DNA of 63,891 nt, the filler included, from Thermodesulfobacteriota bacterium (GTDB lineage Bacteria > DASVDK01), in the NCBI GenBank assembly GCA_036381125.1. It is 7 parts of 7 records of this genome, joined end to end, with 100 filler letters (N's around TTAATTAATTAA, not from the genome) between each part and the next. Parts side by side here need not be neighbours in the genome. Positions count along the whole stretch, not along the records: positions 4,318 to 23,449 come from DASVDK010000138.1; 6 more parts are not named here. One strand, given 5' to 3'. The first letter of the stretch is position 1; the number at the start of each line of letters is the position of its first letter. Positions 8,364-18,639 of this stretch are shown here, piece by piece. The notes beneath the pieces were generated by a model, which made no database searches, was not told the origin of the DNA, and saw only the letters and a program-made list of their open reading frames with translations. A program made the translations under genes and the position numbers.

Positions 8364-9326
8364 ATGACTCGTCTACGCGTTCTGGCGGCCGCGCTGACGC
8401 TGGCCGTCGCCGCGGCCGGCGTGACTCCGGCGGCGGCCGAGCCGCTCAAGGTGATGGTTCCGGCCAACCCGGGCGGCGGCTGGGATTCGACCGGCCGCGC
8501 GGTCCTCAACGCCCTCCAGGCCGAGGGGATCCACACGGAAGGCTCGCAGGTGACCAACAGGGGCGGCGCCGGCGGCACCATCGGCCTCGCGGAGTTCGTC
8601 AACGCCAACCGGGGCAACGACAACGCGTTCATCGTCATGGGCGCGATCATGGTGGGAGGCATCCTCACCAACAAGTCGCCGGTGACGCTCGACCAGGTCA
8701 CGCCGCTCGCCCGCCTGACCAACGAGTACGACGCCATCGCCGTGCCGGTCAACTCGCCCTTCAAGTCGGTCAAGGACTTCACCGACGCGCTCAAGAAGGA
8801 CCCCGGCGCCGTGGCGGTCGGCGGCGGCTCGGCCGGCGGCATCGACCACATCGCGCTCGCCCTCGTCGCCAAGGAGGTCGGCGTCCCGGCCGACAAGATC
8901 AACTACGTGCCGTACCAGGGCGGCGGCGAGATGATCGCCGCGCTCGCGGGCGGCAAGCTCGCGGCGGCCATCTCGGGCGTCTCCGAGTTCAAGCAGTACG
9001 TGGACTCGGGACGGCTCCGGCTGCTCGCCGTCACCGCCGAGCAGCGCCTGCCGGGCGTGAACGCGCCGACCCTGCGCGAGTCGGGCGTGAACGTCGTCAT
9101 CGGCAACTGGCGCGGCCTCGCCGGTCCTCCGGGGATGTCGCCGGGCGGCCGCGAGAAGATGATCGCCATGCTCGACAAGATGCACGGCTCGAAGACCTGG
9201 CAGGAGACCCTGAAGAAGCAGGGGTGGGACGACGCCTACCTCTCCGGGGACAAGTTCGCCGCGTTCCTCAAGGAGGAGAACACGCGCGTGGCCCAGGTCC
9301 TCAAGGACGTGGGCCTGCTCAAGTAG
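8364..9326 (+). CDS. Second TctC/Bug substrate-binding protein
   Basis: AGGAGG RBS; PANPGGGWD, NRGGAGGTIGLAEF. Confidence 0.92.
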   Translation: MTRLRVLAAALTLAVAAAGVTPAAAEPLKVMVPANPGGGWDSTGRAVLNALQAEGIHTEGSQVTNRGGAGGTIGLAEFVNANRGNDNAFIVMGAIMVGGILTNKSPVTLDQVTPLARLTNEYDAIAVPVNSPFKSVKDFTDALKKDPGAVAVGGGSAGGIDHIALALVAKEVGVPADKINYVPYQGGGEMIAALAGGKLAAAISGVSEFKQYVDSGRLRLLAVTAEQRLPGVNAPTLRESGVNVVIGNWRGLAGPPGMSPGGREKMIAMLDKMHGSKTWQETLKKQGWDDAYLSGDKFAAFLKEENTRVAQVLKDVGLLK

Positions 9327-9331
9327 CGCGC

Positions 9332-9835
9332 ATGACTCGCACCCCGCCCGCCGGTCCCGCGACGCCGCGCCCGTGGTGGCTCGGTCTGGCCGTGCTCGCG
9401 GCGGGCGGGGCGTGGCTCTACGGGGCGCTCGCCCTCCCGCAGACCGTGCGATACGCCGTGGTCGGCCCCGGCATCTTCCCGCTGCTCGTCGGGGCCGGCC
9501 TCGTGGTGCTGGGCCTCCTCCTCCTCGTGCAGATCGCGCGCGGCGAGCGCTTCGCGCCCCAGGACGCCGAGGACGTCGACGTCGACGCGCCGGTCTCCTG
9601 GCGGGCTCTGGGCACGGCGATCGCGGCGTCCGCCGTGCCGATCTTCACCATGCGCCGCCTCGGCTTCCCCGTCACGGCCGCGCTGTCGTTCGCGCTCGTC
9701 GCACGGGCCTTCGGCTCGGCGACGCTCCTGCGCGACCTCGCCATCGGCCTCGCGATCGGCCTGATCTGCTGGTACGGGTTCTCCGAGCTGCTCGGCATCG
9801 GGCTGCCGCTCGCGCCCGTCCTGCTGGACCGCTGA
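9332..9835 (+). CDS. Second TctB
   Basis: VGPGIFP, 4 TM, LGIGLP. Confidence 0.85.
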   Translation: MTRTPPAGPATPRPWWLGLAVLAAGGAWLYGALALPQTVRYAVVGPGIFPLLVGAGLVVLGLLLLVQIARGERFAPQDAEDVDVDAPVSWRALGTAIAASAVPIFTMRRLGFPVTAALSFALVARAFGSATLLRDLAIGLAIGLICWYGFSELLGIGLPLAPVLLDR

Positions 9836-9836
9836 C

Positions 9837-11327
9837 GTGGAGGCCCTGGGCGCCCTCGCGCAGGGGTTCGGCGTCGCGCTCCAGCCGATCAACCTGGTCT
9901 TCGCGTTCGTCGGCTCGGTGCTCGGCACGGCCATCGGCGTGCTGCCGGGGATCGGCCCGGCGCTCACCATCGCGCTGCTCCTGCCGGTCACGACCAGGAT
10001 CGCGCCCACGGGCGCCTTCATCATGTTCGCCGGCGTCCTCTACGGCGCCATGTACGGCGGCTCCACGACCTCCATCCTCCTCAACACGCCTGGCGAGGCC
10101 GGCTCGATCATGACCGCGCTCGAGGGCAACCGCATGGCGCGCGCGGGGCGCGGCGCGGCGGCGCTGGCCACGGCGGCCATCGGCTCCTTCGTGGCCGGCA
10201 CCCTCGCGACGCTGGCGCTGACCTTCGCCGCGCCGCTCATCGCCGAGCTGGCCTTCGTGTTCGGGCCGGCCGACTACTTCGCGCTGATGGTCCTCGCCTT
10301 CACGTCCGTCTCGGTCGTGCTCGGCGCCTCGCGCGTGCGCGGCTTCGTCTCCCTCTTCATCGGCCTCGCCATGGGGGTCATGGGGATCGACGCGCAGACC
10401 GGCCAGGCGCGGCTCACGTTCGGCTCGCCCGAGCTGCTCGACGGAATGGAGCTGACGACCGTGCTCGTCGGGCTCTTCGCCGTGGGCGAGACCTTCTACG
10501 TGGCGAGCCGGTTCTCGAGCCAGCCGCCCCAGATCAACCCGCTCGCGGGCGGGGCCTGGCTGACCCGCGAGGACTGGAAGCGGTCGTGGCTGCCGTGGCT
10601 GCGCGGCACGCTCGTCGGCTTCCCCATCGGGGCGCTGCCGGCGGGCGGCTCGGAGATCCCGACGTTCCTGTCGTACACGATCGAGCGGCGCCTCGCGAAG
10701 CGGCCCGACGAGTTCGGGCGGGGCGCCATCGAGGGCGTGGCGGGGCCGGAGGCGGCCAACAACGCGGCCGCGGCCGGCATTCTCGTGCCGCTCCTCACGC
10801 TGGGGCTGCCGACCTCGGCGACGGCGGCCATCCTCCTGGCCGCCTTCCAGAACTACGGCCTGCAGCCGGGGCCGTTCCTGTTCATCAACTCGGCCGACCT
10901 CGTCTGGGGCCTCATCGCGTCGCTCTACATCGGCAACGCCATGCTCCTGGTGCTGAACCTCCCGCTCGTGGGCCTCTGGGTGCGGCTCCTCCTGCTCCCA
11001 CGCAAGTACCTCTACGGCGGCATCCTGGTCTTCGCCATGATCGGCGTCTACGGCGCGTCGAACTCCTGGCTCGAGCTGGTGCTCATGGTGGTCGTCGGCC
11101 TCGTCGGCTACGTGATGCGCGTCTACGACTTCCCCATCGCCCCGGTCCTGATCGGGCTCATCCTCGGGCCGCTTGCGGAGACGCAGCTGCGCCGGGCGCT
11201 CGCCATCAGCCAGGGCGACCCGACCGTGCTCGTCTCGTCGCCCGTCTCGGCGACGATCCTGATCCTGTCGGCGCTCGTCTTCTTCCTGCCGGCGCTGCTG
11301 AAGCGGCTGCGCGCGGCCGCGTCGTAG
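9837..11327 (+). CDS. Second TctA permease
   Basis: [35 protein letters not shown]. Confidence 0.93.
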   Translation: MEALGALAQGFGVALQPINLVFAFVGSVLGTAIGVLPGIGPALTIALLLPVTTRIAPTGAFIMFAGVLYGAMYGGSTTSILLNTPGEAGSIMTALEGNRMARAGRGAAALATAAIGSFVAGTLATLALTFAAPLIAELAFVFGPADYFALMVLAFTSVSVVLGASRVRGFVSLFIGLAMGVMGIDAQTGQARLTFGSPELLDGMELTTVLVGLFAVGETFYVASRFSSQPPQINPLAGGAWLTREDWKRSWLPWLRGTLVGFPIGALPAGGSEIPTFLSYTIERRLAKRPDEFGRGAIEGVAGPEAANNAAAAGILVPLLTLGLPTSATAAILLAAFQNYGLQPGPFLFINSADLVWGLIASLYIGNAMLLVLNLPLVGLWVRLLLLPRKYLYGGILVFAMIGVYGASNSWLELVLMVVVGLVGYVMRVYDFPIAPVLIGLILGPLAETQLRRALAISQGDPTVLVSSPVSATILILSALVFFLPALLKRLRAAAS

Positions 11328-11341
11328 GGGTCTGCCGCGGC

Positions 11342-12181
11342 TCAGGCCCGCGCGGGGAACCGGCCCGACGCCACGAATCGGCCGGCCAGGACGCGCGCCG
11401 CCGGCCCGATCAGGCGCAGGCCGGCCCGCTCGGCCCGCGCGACGACCCGCAGCCGGTCCGGGACGATCCGCCCCGCGACGGCGTTGAAATACGCCACCCG
11501 CAGCCCGGGAACCGCCCGCCGCAGCTCGTCGACGTCGGCCTCGCAGAGCTTTCGCTCGTCCTCGGTGATGTAGAGGGCGCTGCGCTCGGCCGCACCGTGC
11601 ATCCACCGGGCGACGAGCGGGTAGGCCCACCGCTCGACGGGTCGCGTCCGGCGCAGGCGCTCGAGGCTCCGGTGCGTGTACGGCTCGTTGCAGACGAGCA
11701 GGGCGCCGGGCGCCGCCACGCGCGCCAGCTCGCGCAGCGCCGTCGGGATGTCGACGTGGTGGAGGATGTCGACGGCGAGGACGATCTCGAAGGACCCGTC
11801 GCGGTACTCGAGCGCCTCGCACGGCATCCGACGGAACTCGATGTCCCCGTACCCCGCGGCCGCGGCTCGCAGGCGCGCGATCTCGAGCGATTCGGGCGAG
11901 AGATCGAAGGCGGAGACGCGCGCGCCGAGCGCCGCCAGGCGGACGGCGTCGTCCCCGAAGCCGCAGCCGACGACGAGCGCTCGCCGGCCGGCCGGATCGG
12001 CCGCACGCAGCCAGGTCCAGGCGTGCCAGTAGGCGTTCCACCAGCGCCGCCGCGTCGCACGGGCGATGTGCAGCGAGACCGGGTCGAGGCTCGTCCTCGC
12101 GTACTCGGCCGCGCGCTCGCGGTGGTAGTCGATCTCGCGGCGCTGCCGGGCGCTCAGCGTCGGATCCGGGGTCGCACCCAC
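11342..12181 (-). CDS. Class I SAM-dependent methyltransferase
   Basis: LVVGCGFG, AFDLS, ILHH; GTG at 12181 with GGAGGG RBS. Confidence 0.82.
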   Translation of the reverse strand: MGATPDPTLSARQRREIDYHRERAAEYARTSLDPVSLHIARATRRRWWNAYWHAWTWLRAADPAGRRALVVGCGFGDDAVRLAALGARVSAFDLSPESLEIARLRAAAAGYGDIEFRRMPCEALEYRDGSFEIVLAVDILHHVDIPTALRELARVAAPGALLVCNEPYTHRSLERLRRTRPVERWAYPLVARWMHGAAERSALYITEDERKLCEADVDELRRAVPGLRVAYFNAVAGRIVPDRLRVVARAERAGLRLIGPAARVLAGRFVASGRFPARA

Positions 12182-12315
12182 GGCGGATCCCTCCCCGGGG
12201 TGGTGGCCGATCACATGCGAGCAGGATACCGATGGCCGGTAGCGATATCTCCGAGCCGCGGCTTGCGCGCGCGTCTTCGTCGCCGCATCATGTCGGCTTC
12301 GCGCCGGAGACACCC

Positions 12316-13962
12316 GTGACGTTTCTCGCCTTCCTGCTCCGCGCCTCCTGGCGCACCGTGGTCCTCGCCGTGGCCGCCGCGCTCGTGAGCGGCGCCGGCA
12401 GCGCCGGCCTGGTGGCCCTGAGCAACGCCGCGCTCGCCCGGTACGGTCGCGCGCCGACCGCCTTCCTGGCCGCCTTCGTGGCGCTCGCACTGGTCGTGCT
12501 CGTGGCCCGCACCGCCTCGCGCGTCATCCTCGTCCACCTGACGCAGCGGTCGATCTTCGACCTGCAGGTCGGCATCGCGCGCCGGATCCTCGCGGCGCCG
12601 TACCGGCGGCTCGAGGAGGCGGGCAGTGCGCGGCTCCTCGCGGCGCTCACCGACGACGTGCAGGCGATCGGCGAGGCGCTGCCGGCGGTCCCGATCTTCG
12701 CCACGAACGTCGCCACCGTCGCCGGGGTCCTGATCTACCTCGGCTGGCTCGCCTGGCCGGTGCTCCTCGCCGTGCTCGGCGTGGTGGCCGTGGGCGCCCT
12801 CGGCTTCCGGTTCGTCGCGGAGGCCGCCATGCGCGCGTTCGAGCGCGCCCGGGAGGAGCGCGACGGCCTCTTCGCGCACTTCCGGGCCCTCACCGAGGGG
12901 CTCAAGGAGCTGAAGCTCGGCGCCGCCCGGCGCGCGGCCTTCATGGCCGACGTGCTCGAGCCGGCGGCCGAGGCGTACCGCCGGCGCGTGACGCGCGGCC
13001 GCACGCTCTACACGAGCGCGAGCGGCGCCACCCAGGCGCTCTACTTCACGGTGCTGGGCCTCCTCGTCTTCGCCCTGCCGGTCGCGACCGACCTGCCGCA
13101 GGAGACGGCGACCGGCTTCGTGCTCGGCTTCTTCTTCATCCTGTCGCCGCTCGACGAGATCATGGACTGGTCGCCCCTCATCTCGCGCGCCGACGTGGCT
13201 GTGCGCAAGCTCGACGCGCTCGGCCTGTCGCTCGCCGAGGCGGCGGAGCCCGACCCCGTCCCGACGACCCGCCCGCGCGCCGTGCGGATCGACCTCGTCG
13301 GCGTCACCCACCGGTACGCGCGCGAGGGCGAGGAGCGGACCTTCACGCTCGGCCCCGTGGACCTCGCCGTCCGCTCGGGCGAGCTGCTCTTCCTCGTCGG
13401 CGGCAACGGCAGCGGCAAGACGACGCTTGCCAAGCTCCTCACCGGCCTCTACGCGCCCGAGACGGGCGAGGTGCGGCTCGACGGCGAGCCGGTGACCGAA
13501 GAGACCCGGCCGGCCTACCGGGAGCTCTTCGCGGCGGTCTTCTCCGACGGCTTCCTGTTCGACCGGCTCCTCGGCCTCGCCTCGCCCGACCTCGACGCGC
13601 GCGCCCGCGACTACCTCCGCCGCCTCGAGCTGGACCACAAGGTGACGATCGAGGGCGGGGTCCTGTCGACCACGGCACTCTCGCAAGGCCAGCGCAAGCG
13701 ACTCGCGCTGCTGGCCGCCTACCTCGAGGACCGGCCCGCCTACCTCTTCGACGAGTGGGCCTCCGACCAGGACCCGGTGTTCAAGGCGGTCTTCTACCGG
13801 CAGATCCTGCCCGACCTCAAGCGGCGGGGGAAGGCCGTCGTCGTCATCAGCCACGACGACCGTTACTACGACGCGGCCGACCGGGTGGTGAAGCTCGAGT
13901 CGGGCCGGATCGTCGCCGAGACCCGGCCGTCGGTAGCCGGGCGGTCGCGACTGGACGGCTGA
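12316..13962 (+). CDS. Cyclic peptide export ABC transporter (SyrD/PvdE/YojI family)
   Basis: TM domain + GGNGSGKTT, LSQGQRKRLAL, FDEWASDQDP. Confidence 0.92.
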   Translation: MTFLAFLLRASWRTVVLAVAAALVSGAGSAGLVALSNAALARYGRAPTAFLAAFVALALVVLVARTASRVILVHLTQRSIFDLQVGIARRILAAPYRRLEEAGSARLLAALTDDVQAIGEALPAVPIFATNVATVAGVLIYLGWLAWPVLLAVLGVVAVGALGFRFVAEAAMRAFERAREERDGLFAHFRALTEGLKELKLGAARRAAFMADVLEPAAEAYRRRVTRGRTLYTSASGATQALYFTVLGLLVFALPVATDLPQETATGFVLGFFFILSPLDEIMDWSPLISRADVAVRKLDALGLSLAEAAEPDPVPTTRPRAVRIDLVGVTHRYAREGEERTFTLGPVDLAVRSGELLFLVGGNGSGKTTLAKLLTGLYAPETGEVRLDGEPVTEETRPAYRELFAAVFSDGFLFDRLLGLASPDLDARARDYLRRLELDHKVTIEGGVLSTTALSQGQRKRLALLAAYLEDRPAYLFDEWASDQDPVFKAVFYRQILPDLKRRGKAVVVISHDDRYYDAADRVVKLESGRIVAETRPSVAGRSRLDG

Positions 13963-14057
13963 CGGCGCCCCGCTTCTGTGCGACACTTTCCAATCGGGTC
14001 GAGATCGCTCCGTGAACCGCGGGCCCCGGGGTCCGCCAAGGAGGCGGAGACCCACCA

Positions 14058-17024
14058 ATGGCGCGCACGCCGCCGGTCGTCAGGACCGCGCGGGCCGAGC
14101 TGGTCGGCCGAAGCGAGCCGATGGAGGCGCTCGCGCGGGCGTTCGACCGGGCGGCGGGAGGCGAGGTTCTGGCGGCGGCGGTCTCGGGCGAGCCCGGGAT
14201 CGGCAAGAGCCGCCTGATCGCGGACTTCTCCGCCCTCGCGCGGCGGCGCCGCGCGCGCGTGCTCAGCGGAAGCGGCTACGAGGCCGAGGGGATCCCGCCC
14301 TACCGACCGCTGATCGAGGCGCTGCGCCCCCTGCTCGCCCTTCCGGTCGCGCAGCTTCGCCGGGCCCTCGGTCTCGCGGCCGGTGACCTCTCGCACTGGT
14401 TCCCCGAGCTGGTCGACCGCCTCGGCCCGCTGCCGCCGAGCTATCGGCTGCCGGAGGCCGAGGGGCGCCTGCGCCTCTTCGACGCGGTCGTCGCCCTCGT
14501 CACGACCGCGGCCCGCAGCGTCCCGGTCGTCCTCGTGGTGGACGACGTCCAGTGGGCCGACGCCGCCGCGCTCGACCTCCTGGGGTTCCTCGCGCGGCGT
14601 GCCGCGGGTGCGCGATTGCTCGTCGTCCTCGCGCACCGGGACGCCGCCCTCGACGGCGCGGCGCCGCTCGCCCGCCTCCTCGACGACCTCAACCGCGAGC
14701 GCCGCCTCGTGCGCGTGCCCCTTCGCCGCCTGTCGCTCGAGGAGACGGCCCTGCTCGCCGAGCGCCTTCTCGGCGGCCCTGTGAGCCCCGGGCTGTCGAG
14801 CCGCCTCTTCGAGCAGAGCGAGGGGAACCCCTTCTTCGTCGAGGAGTGCCTCCACTTTCTGGTCGAGGAGGGACGGCTTCGCGAAGGGGCGTCCGGGTGG
14901 ACCTTCGACGGCGGGACGTCGTCCTGGCTGCCGCCGAGCCTGCGGGCGACGATCCTGCGCCGAACGGCGCGGCTGCCGCCCGGGGTACTGGCCGCCCTCG
15001 AGGCGGCCGCCGCGGCCGGCCGGCGCATCCGGCCCGCCGTCCTCGCGCCGGCCGCGGGGCTGCCCGAGCCGGCGCTCGACGGCCGCCTCGCCGAGGCCGC
15101 GCGCGCCGGCCTGCTGACGCGCGAGCCGGGCGGCGACTGGCGCTTCGCCCACGACAAGATCCGCGAGGTGATCTACGCCGAGGTGCCCCCGACTCGCCGG
15201 CGCGAGCTGCACGGGCGCCTCGCACGCTCGCTCGAGCGCCGCAAGCGTGCCGGACACCGCGTGCCGACGGCCGAGCTGGCGTTCCACTACGGCCTCGCGG
15301 GCGACGCGCGCCGGGGCATCGCCTGCGCGCTCGACGCGGCCCGCGACGCGGCGGCCGCGCACGCGTACGCGGACGCCGCGGCGCACTACGGCATGGCCAT
15401 CGAGCTCCTCGCGGACGCGCCGCGCGGCCCCGGCATCCCGGACGAGGGGGACATCCGGCTCGAGCTCGCCGACGCCCTGACCGCAGCCGGCGACCTCAAG
15501 GGCGCGCTGGCGAGCCTCGAGCGGGCGCTCGCGCTCGCCGAGGCCGGCAGGGATCGGGCGGCGTGCGGCCGGGCCCTTCACCGCATCGGGATCGTCCACG
15601 CCCGCCAGGAATCGCTCGACCGGGCGCTCGCCGACCTCGGCCTCGCGCTCGAGGCGTGGGCGGGGAGCCGGACCCCGGAGGTGGTCGAGGTGCACGTGCG
15701 GCTCGCGCACATCCACGCGACCGGCAAGGCGAGTTACGTGGAGGGCGAGCGGCACGCCCGCGCGGCGGTAGCCCTCGCGGCGCGACTGCGCGACCGGCGG
15801 CTGCGGGCCGTCGCCGCCGTCGCCCTCGCCACGGTCGTCAGCCGCGCGAACGACCTGCGCGTGGGCGAGCGCCTCCTCCGGGACGCGCTCGCCCTGGCCG
15901 CCGAGGCCGACGATCCGGTGACCGCCGCCGAGGCATCGGCGCAGCTCGCCGTCGTCGCCTACTGGCAGGGGCGGGTCGGCGCGTCGCGCGATGCGGCGCT
16001 GCGGCGCGAGGCGTTCGCCCTGCGCTCGGGCGACGTCTATCAGCTCCGTCACGTCCATGGCTGGCTGGCGTTCCTCGCGGCCTCGCGCGGAGAGTGGGAC
16101 GAGGCCGACCGGTGGCTCGATCGGGCCGAGCCGATCCTCGACCGGCTCGAGAGCCCCGAGCCGAGGGCCTTCCAGACGAAGCTGCGGGGGATCGTCCTCT
16201 TCCAGCAGGGCCGGTTCGCGGAGGCGCTCGCGCACTTCGACGCCGCCATGCGGGAGTTCCGCCGGATGGATCCCGGCGTCCTCGTCTGGTACCTCGGCTG
16301 GCTCGTGCTGGCGCGGCTCGAACTCGGCCGCGCCGAGGAGGCGCAGGCCTCGATCGCCGAGCTGTCGGCGCTCGTCGAGCGGATGCCGGCGGGCGGCCTG
16401 CCCCGGGCGCCGGCGCTCAACTTCCTCGGCATCGCGGCCGCGCGGCTGGGCGACCGGACGCGGGCGGAGGCCGCCTACGCCCGGCTTCGCGCCTACGCGG
16501 GGCAGCAGCATTACGTCCTCTGCGACCGCGTGCTCGGGATGCTGGCCGCGGCGCTGGGCCGGGTGGACGCGGCCGCGGAGCACTTCGAGCGCGCCGCCGC
16601 CCTGGCGCGGCGCGAGGGGATCCGGCCGGAGCTGGCGTGCACGCGGCTCGAGTCGGGCCGGGCAAGGCTCGCTCGCGCGGGCGGGGCCGATCGCGACCGC
16701 GCGGTTGCCGACCTCGGCGAGGGGCTCGCGCTCGCGACGGCGCTCGGCATGGCCGCGGCCGAGCGGGACGCGCGCGCGCTCATCGGGCGCGCCGGGGCCG
16801 ACGGCCCCGCGGCCGCGCGACCGCGGGTGACGCTGAGCCCGCGCCAGCTCGAGGTGCTGCGGCTCGTGGCCGAGGGGCGCTCGAACCGGGGGATCGCCGA
16901 GGCGCTCGACGTGAGCGAGAAGACCGTCGTCAACCACGTCACGGCCCTCTTCAACCGCCTCGGCGTCGACAACCGCGCCGCCGCGACCGCCTTCGCCTTC
17001 CGCCACCGGCTCCTGCCCGACTAG
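14058..17024 (+). CDS. Large LuxR-family regulator with AAA/STAND ATPase, TPR-like region and C-terminal HTH
   Basis: LVGR, GEPGIGKS, VDDVQWAD, GNPFF, FAHDKIR, LSPRQLEVLRLVAEGRSNRGIA. Confidence 0.92.
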   Translation: MARTPPVVRTARAELVGRSEPMEALARAFDRAAGGEVLAAAVSGEPGIGKSRLIADFSALARRRRARVLSGSGYEAEGIPPYRPLIEALRPLLALPVAQLRRALGLAAGDLSHWFPELVDRLGPLPPSYRLPEAEGRLRLFDAVVALVTTAARSVPVVLVVDDVQWADAAALDLLGFLARRAAGARLLVVLAHRDAALDGAAPLARLLDDLNRERRLVRVPLRRLSLEETALLAERLLGGPVSPGLSSRLFEQSEGNPFFVEECLHFLVEEGRLREGASGWTFDGGTSSWLPPSLRATILRRTARLPPGVLAALEAAAAAGRRIRPAVLAPAAGLPEPALDGRLAEAARAGLLTREPGGDWRFAHDKIREVIYAEVPPTRRRELHGRLARSLERRKRAGHRVPTAELAFHYGLAGDARRGIACALDAARDAAAAHAYADAAAHYGMAIELLADAPRGPGIPDEGDIRLELADALTAAGDLKGALASLERALALAEAGRDRAACGRALHRIGIVHARQESLDRALADLGLALEAWAGSRTPEVVEVHVRLAHIHATGKASYVEGERHARAAVALAARLRDRRLRAVAAVALATVVSRANDLRVGERLLRDALALAAEADDPVTAAEASAQLAVVAYWQGRVGASRDAALRREAFALRSGDVYQLRHVHGWLAFLAASRGEWDEADRWLDRAEPILDRLESPEPRAFQTKLRGIVLFQQGRFAEALAHFDAAMREFRRMDPGVLVWYLGWLVLARLELGRAEEAQASIAELSALVERMPAGGLPRAPALNFLGIAAARLGDRTRAEAAYARLRAYAGQQHYVLCDRVLGMLAAALGRVDAAAEHFERAAALARREGIRPELACTRLESGRARLARAGGADRDRAVADLGEGLALATALGMAAAERDARALIGRAGADGPAAARPRVTLSPRQLEVLRLVAEGRSNRGIAEALDVSEKTVVNHVTALFNRLGVDNRAAATAFAFRHRLLPD

Positions 17025-17083
17025 GGAGAACCTCCCAGGGCCGGCCGCCGAGAAAAATATCGCGCCTGGGAGCTTCCCCCGAT
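17024..17083 (+). promoter_or_regulatory. Paired boxes, candidate operator of the adjacent LuxR-ATPase
   Basis: GGGAGAACCTCCCA and GGGAGCTTCCCCCGAT flanking an A/T-rich spacer, immediately after the regulator stop and before the target genes. Confidence 0.5.
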
Positions 17084-17116
17084 TCGCCCGTCCCTCCGGC
17101 GTCGTACAACGCCTCC

Positions 17117-17368
17117 ATGCCCAGGTTCATCGCCCGCTGGACGCTTTCGCCCGGCACCTCGCTCGACGCCCTGACCGGGACGCCGCTCAGGCAGCCGGCG
17201 CTGGAGTACGCGCACTACTGGAACCTCAGCGCGGGGGTGGTGGTGGCGGTGTTCGACGCGCCGGACGAGGCGACCGTCCGGTCCGCCCTCGCCGCGAGGC
17301 CGCCCGAGGCGCTCCACCGGGTGGAGTTCGAGTACGACCGGATCACCAGCGAGATGAGGCGGATCTGA
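17117..17368 (+). CDS. Small hypothetical protein (DUF4242/ferredoxin-like fold candidate)
   Basis: MPRFIARW..YWNLSAGVVVAVFDAPDEATVR; 83 aa. Confidence 0.65.
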   Translation: MPRFIARWTLSPGTSLDALTGTPLRQPALEYAHYWNLSAGVVVAVFDAPDEATVRSALAARPPEALHRVEFEYDRITSEMRRI

Positions 17369-17403
17369 CGGACGAGCGCCGGCAGGCGCCAGGGAGCCCC
17401 ACC

Positions 17404-18471
17404 ATGAGCACTACCATGGCGATCGATCAGGCGAAGCTGAACGCGTTCCTCGGTACGGCGGTCGGCGACATCGGCGCGGCGATGAGCGCCGCGCTGGTCC
17501 TGATCGGCGACAAGCTCGGCCTCTACAAGGCGATGGCCGACGGCGAGCCGATCACGCCGGCCGAGCTGGCACGGAAGACCGTGACCGCGGAGCGGTACAT
17601 TCGGGAGTGGCTGGCCAACCAGGCGGCCGGCGGCTACGTCGAGTACGACGCGGCCGCCGGGACGTATCGCCTCCCGCCGGAGCAGGCGGCCGCGCTGGCC
17701 GACGAGTCGAGTCCGGCCTTCCTGCCGGGCGCCTTCCAGGTGATCTCGGCGGCGTTCAAGGCCGAGCCGCGCATCGCGGAGAACTTCCGTACCGGCCGCG
17801 GCCTCGATTGGGGCGAGCACGACCAGGTCCTCTTCGAGGGCACGGAGCGGTTCTTCCGGCCGAACTACGTCGGCAACCTCGTCGGCTCGTGGATCCCTGC
17901 GCTCGACGGCGTCGAGGCCAGGCTGAAGGCGGGCGCCACGGTGGCCGACGTGGGCTGCGGCTTCGGCGCCTCGACCCTCCTCATGGCCCGGGCCTACCCG
18001 AACTCGCGCTTCCACGGGTTCGACTACCACGCCCCGTCGATCGCCGCGGCCCGGGAGCGGGCCCGGGAGGCGGGCGTCGCCGACCGGGTGACCTTCGAGG
18101 TCGCGCACGCCACCGACTTCCCCGGGCGGGGGTACGACCTGATCGCCTACTTCGACTGCCTGCACGACATGGCCGACCCGGTCGGCGCGGCGCGTCACAC
18201 CCGCCAGGCGCTCGCCGGCGACGGGACCTGGATGCTCGTCGAGCCCTTCGCGGGCGACCGCGTGGAGCAGAACCTGAACCCGGTGGGTCGGGTCTATTAC
18301 GCGGCCTCCACGATGATCTGCGTGCCGGTGTCGCTCGCGGGCGACGGCCCGGCCCTCGGCGCCCAGGCAGGCGAGGCGCGCCTGCGCGAGATCGCGACCG
18401 CCGCCGGCTTCCGCCGCTTCCGGCGCGCCGCCGAGACCCCCTTCAACATCGTCCTCGAAGCCCGGCCGTAA
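17404..18471 (+). CDS. SAM-dependent methyltransferase, Rv2258c-like (winged helix + MTase)
   Basis: IGDKLGLY, ERYIREWL, VADVGCGFG, FDCLHDM, ALGAQAGE, TPFNIV. Confidence 0.9.
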   Translation: MSTTMAIDQAKLNAFLGTAVGDIGAAMSAALVLIGDKLGLYKAMADGEPITPAELARKTVTAERYIREWLANQAAGGYVEYDAAAGTYRLPPEQAAALADESSPAFLPGAFQVISAAFKAEPRIAENFRTGRGLDWGEHDQVLFEGTERFFRPNYVGNLVGSWIPALDGVEARLKAGATVADVGCGFGASTLLMARAYPNSRFHGFDYHAPSIAAARERAREAGVADRVTFEVAHATDFPGRGYDLIAYFDCLHDMADPVGAARHTRQALAGDGTWMLVEPFAGDRVEQNLNPVGRVYYAASTMICVPVSLAGDGPALGAQAGEARLREIATAAGFRRFRRAAETPFNIVLEARP

Positions 18472-18480
18472 CGACACCCG

Positions 18481-18556
18481 GGGGTCAGGTCTTTCCATTT
18501 TCCGCGGGGTCAGGTCTTTCCATTTTCCAGGCTGGAAAACGGAAAGACCTGACCCC
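18481..18556. repeat. REP-like cluster: two direct and one inverted 23-bp units
   Basis: GGGGTCAGGTCTTTCCATTTTCC at 18481 and 18506; inverted copy (1 mismatch) at 18534-18556. Confidence 0.9.
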
Positions 18557-18639
18557 GATCCCGAAACAAAACGGCATTGCAAACCGGCACCGGTGGGAAG
18601 CCGGTCACGACCGGCTGGGCGTGCGCTAGGATGAGTTCC

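Noticed and set aside
18481-18556. 23-bp repeats as a CRISPR array
   Set aside because: Only 2-5 nt between units, includes an inverted copy, no spacers and no cas genes.
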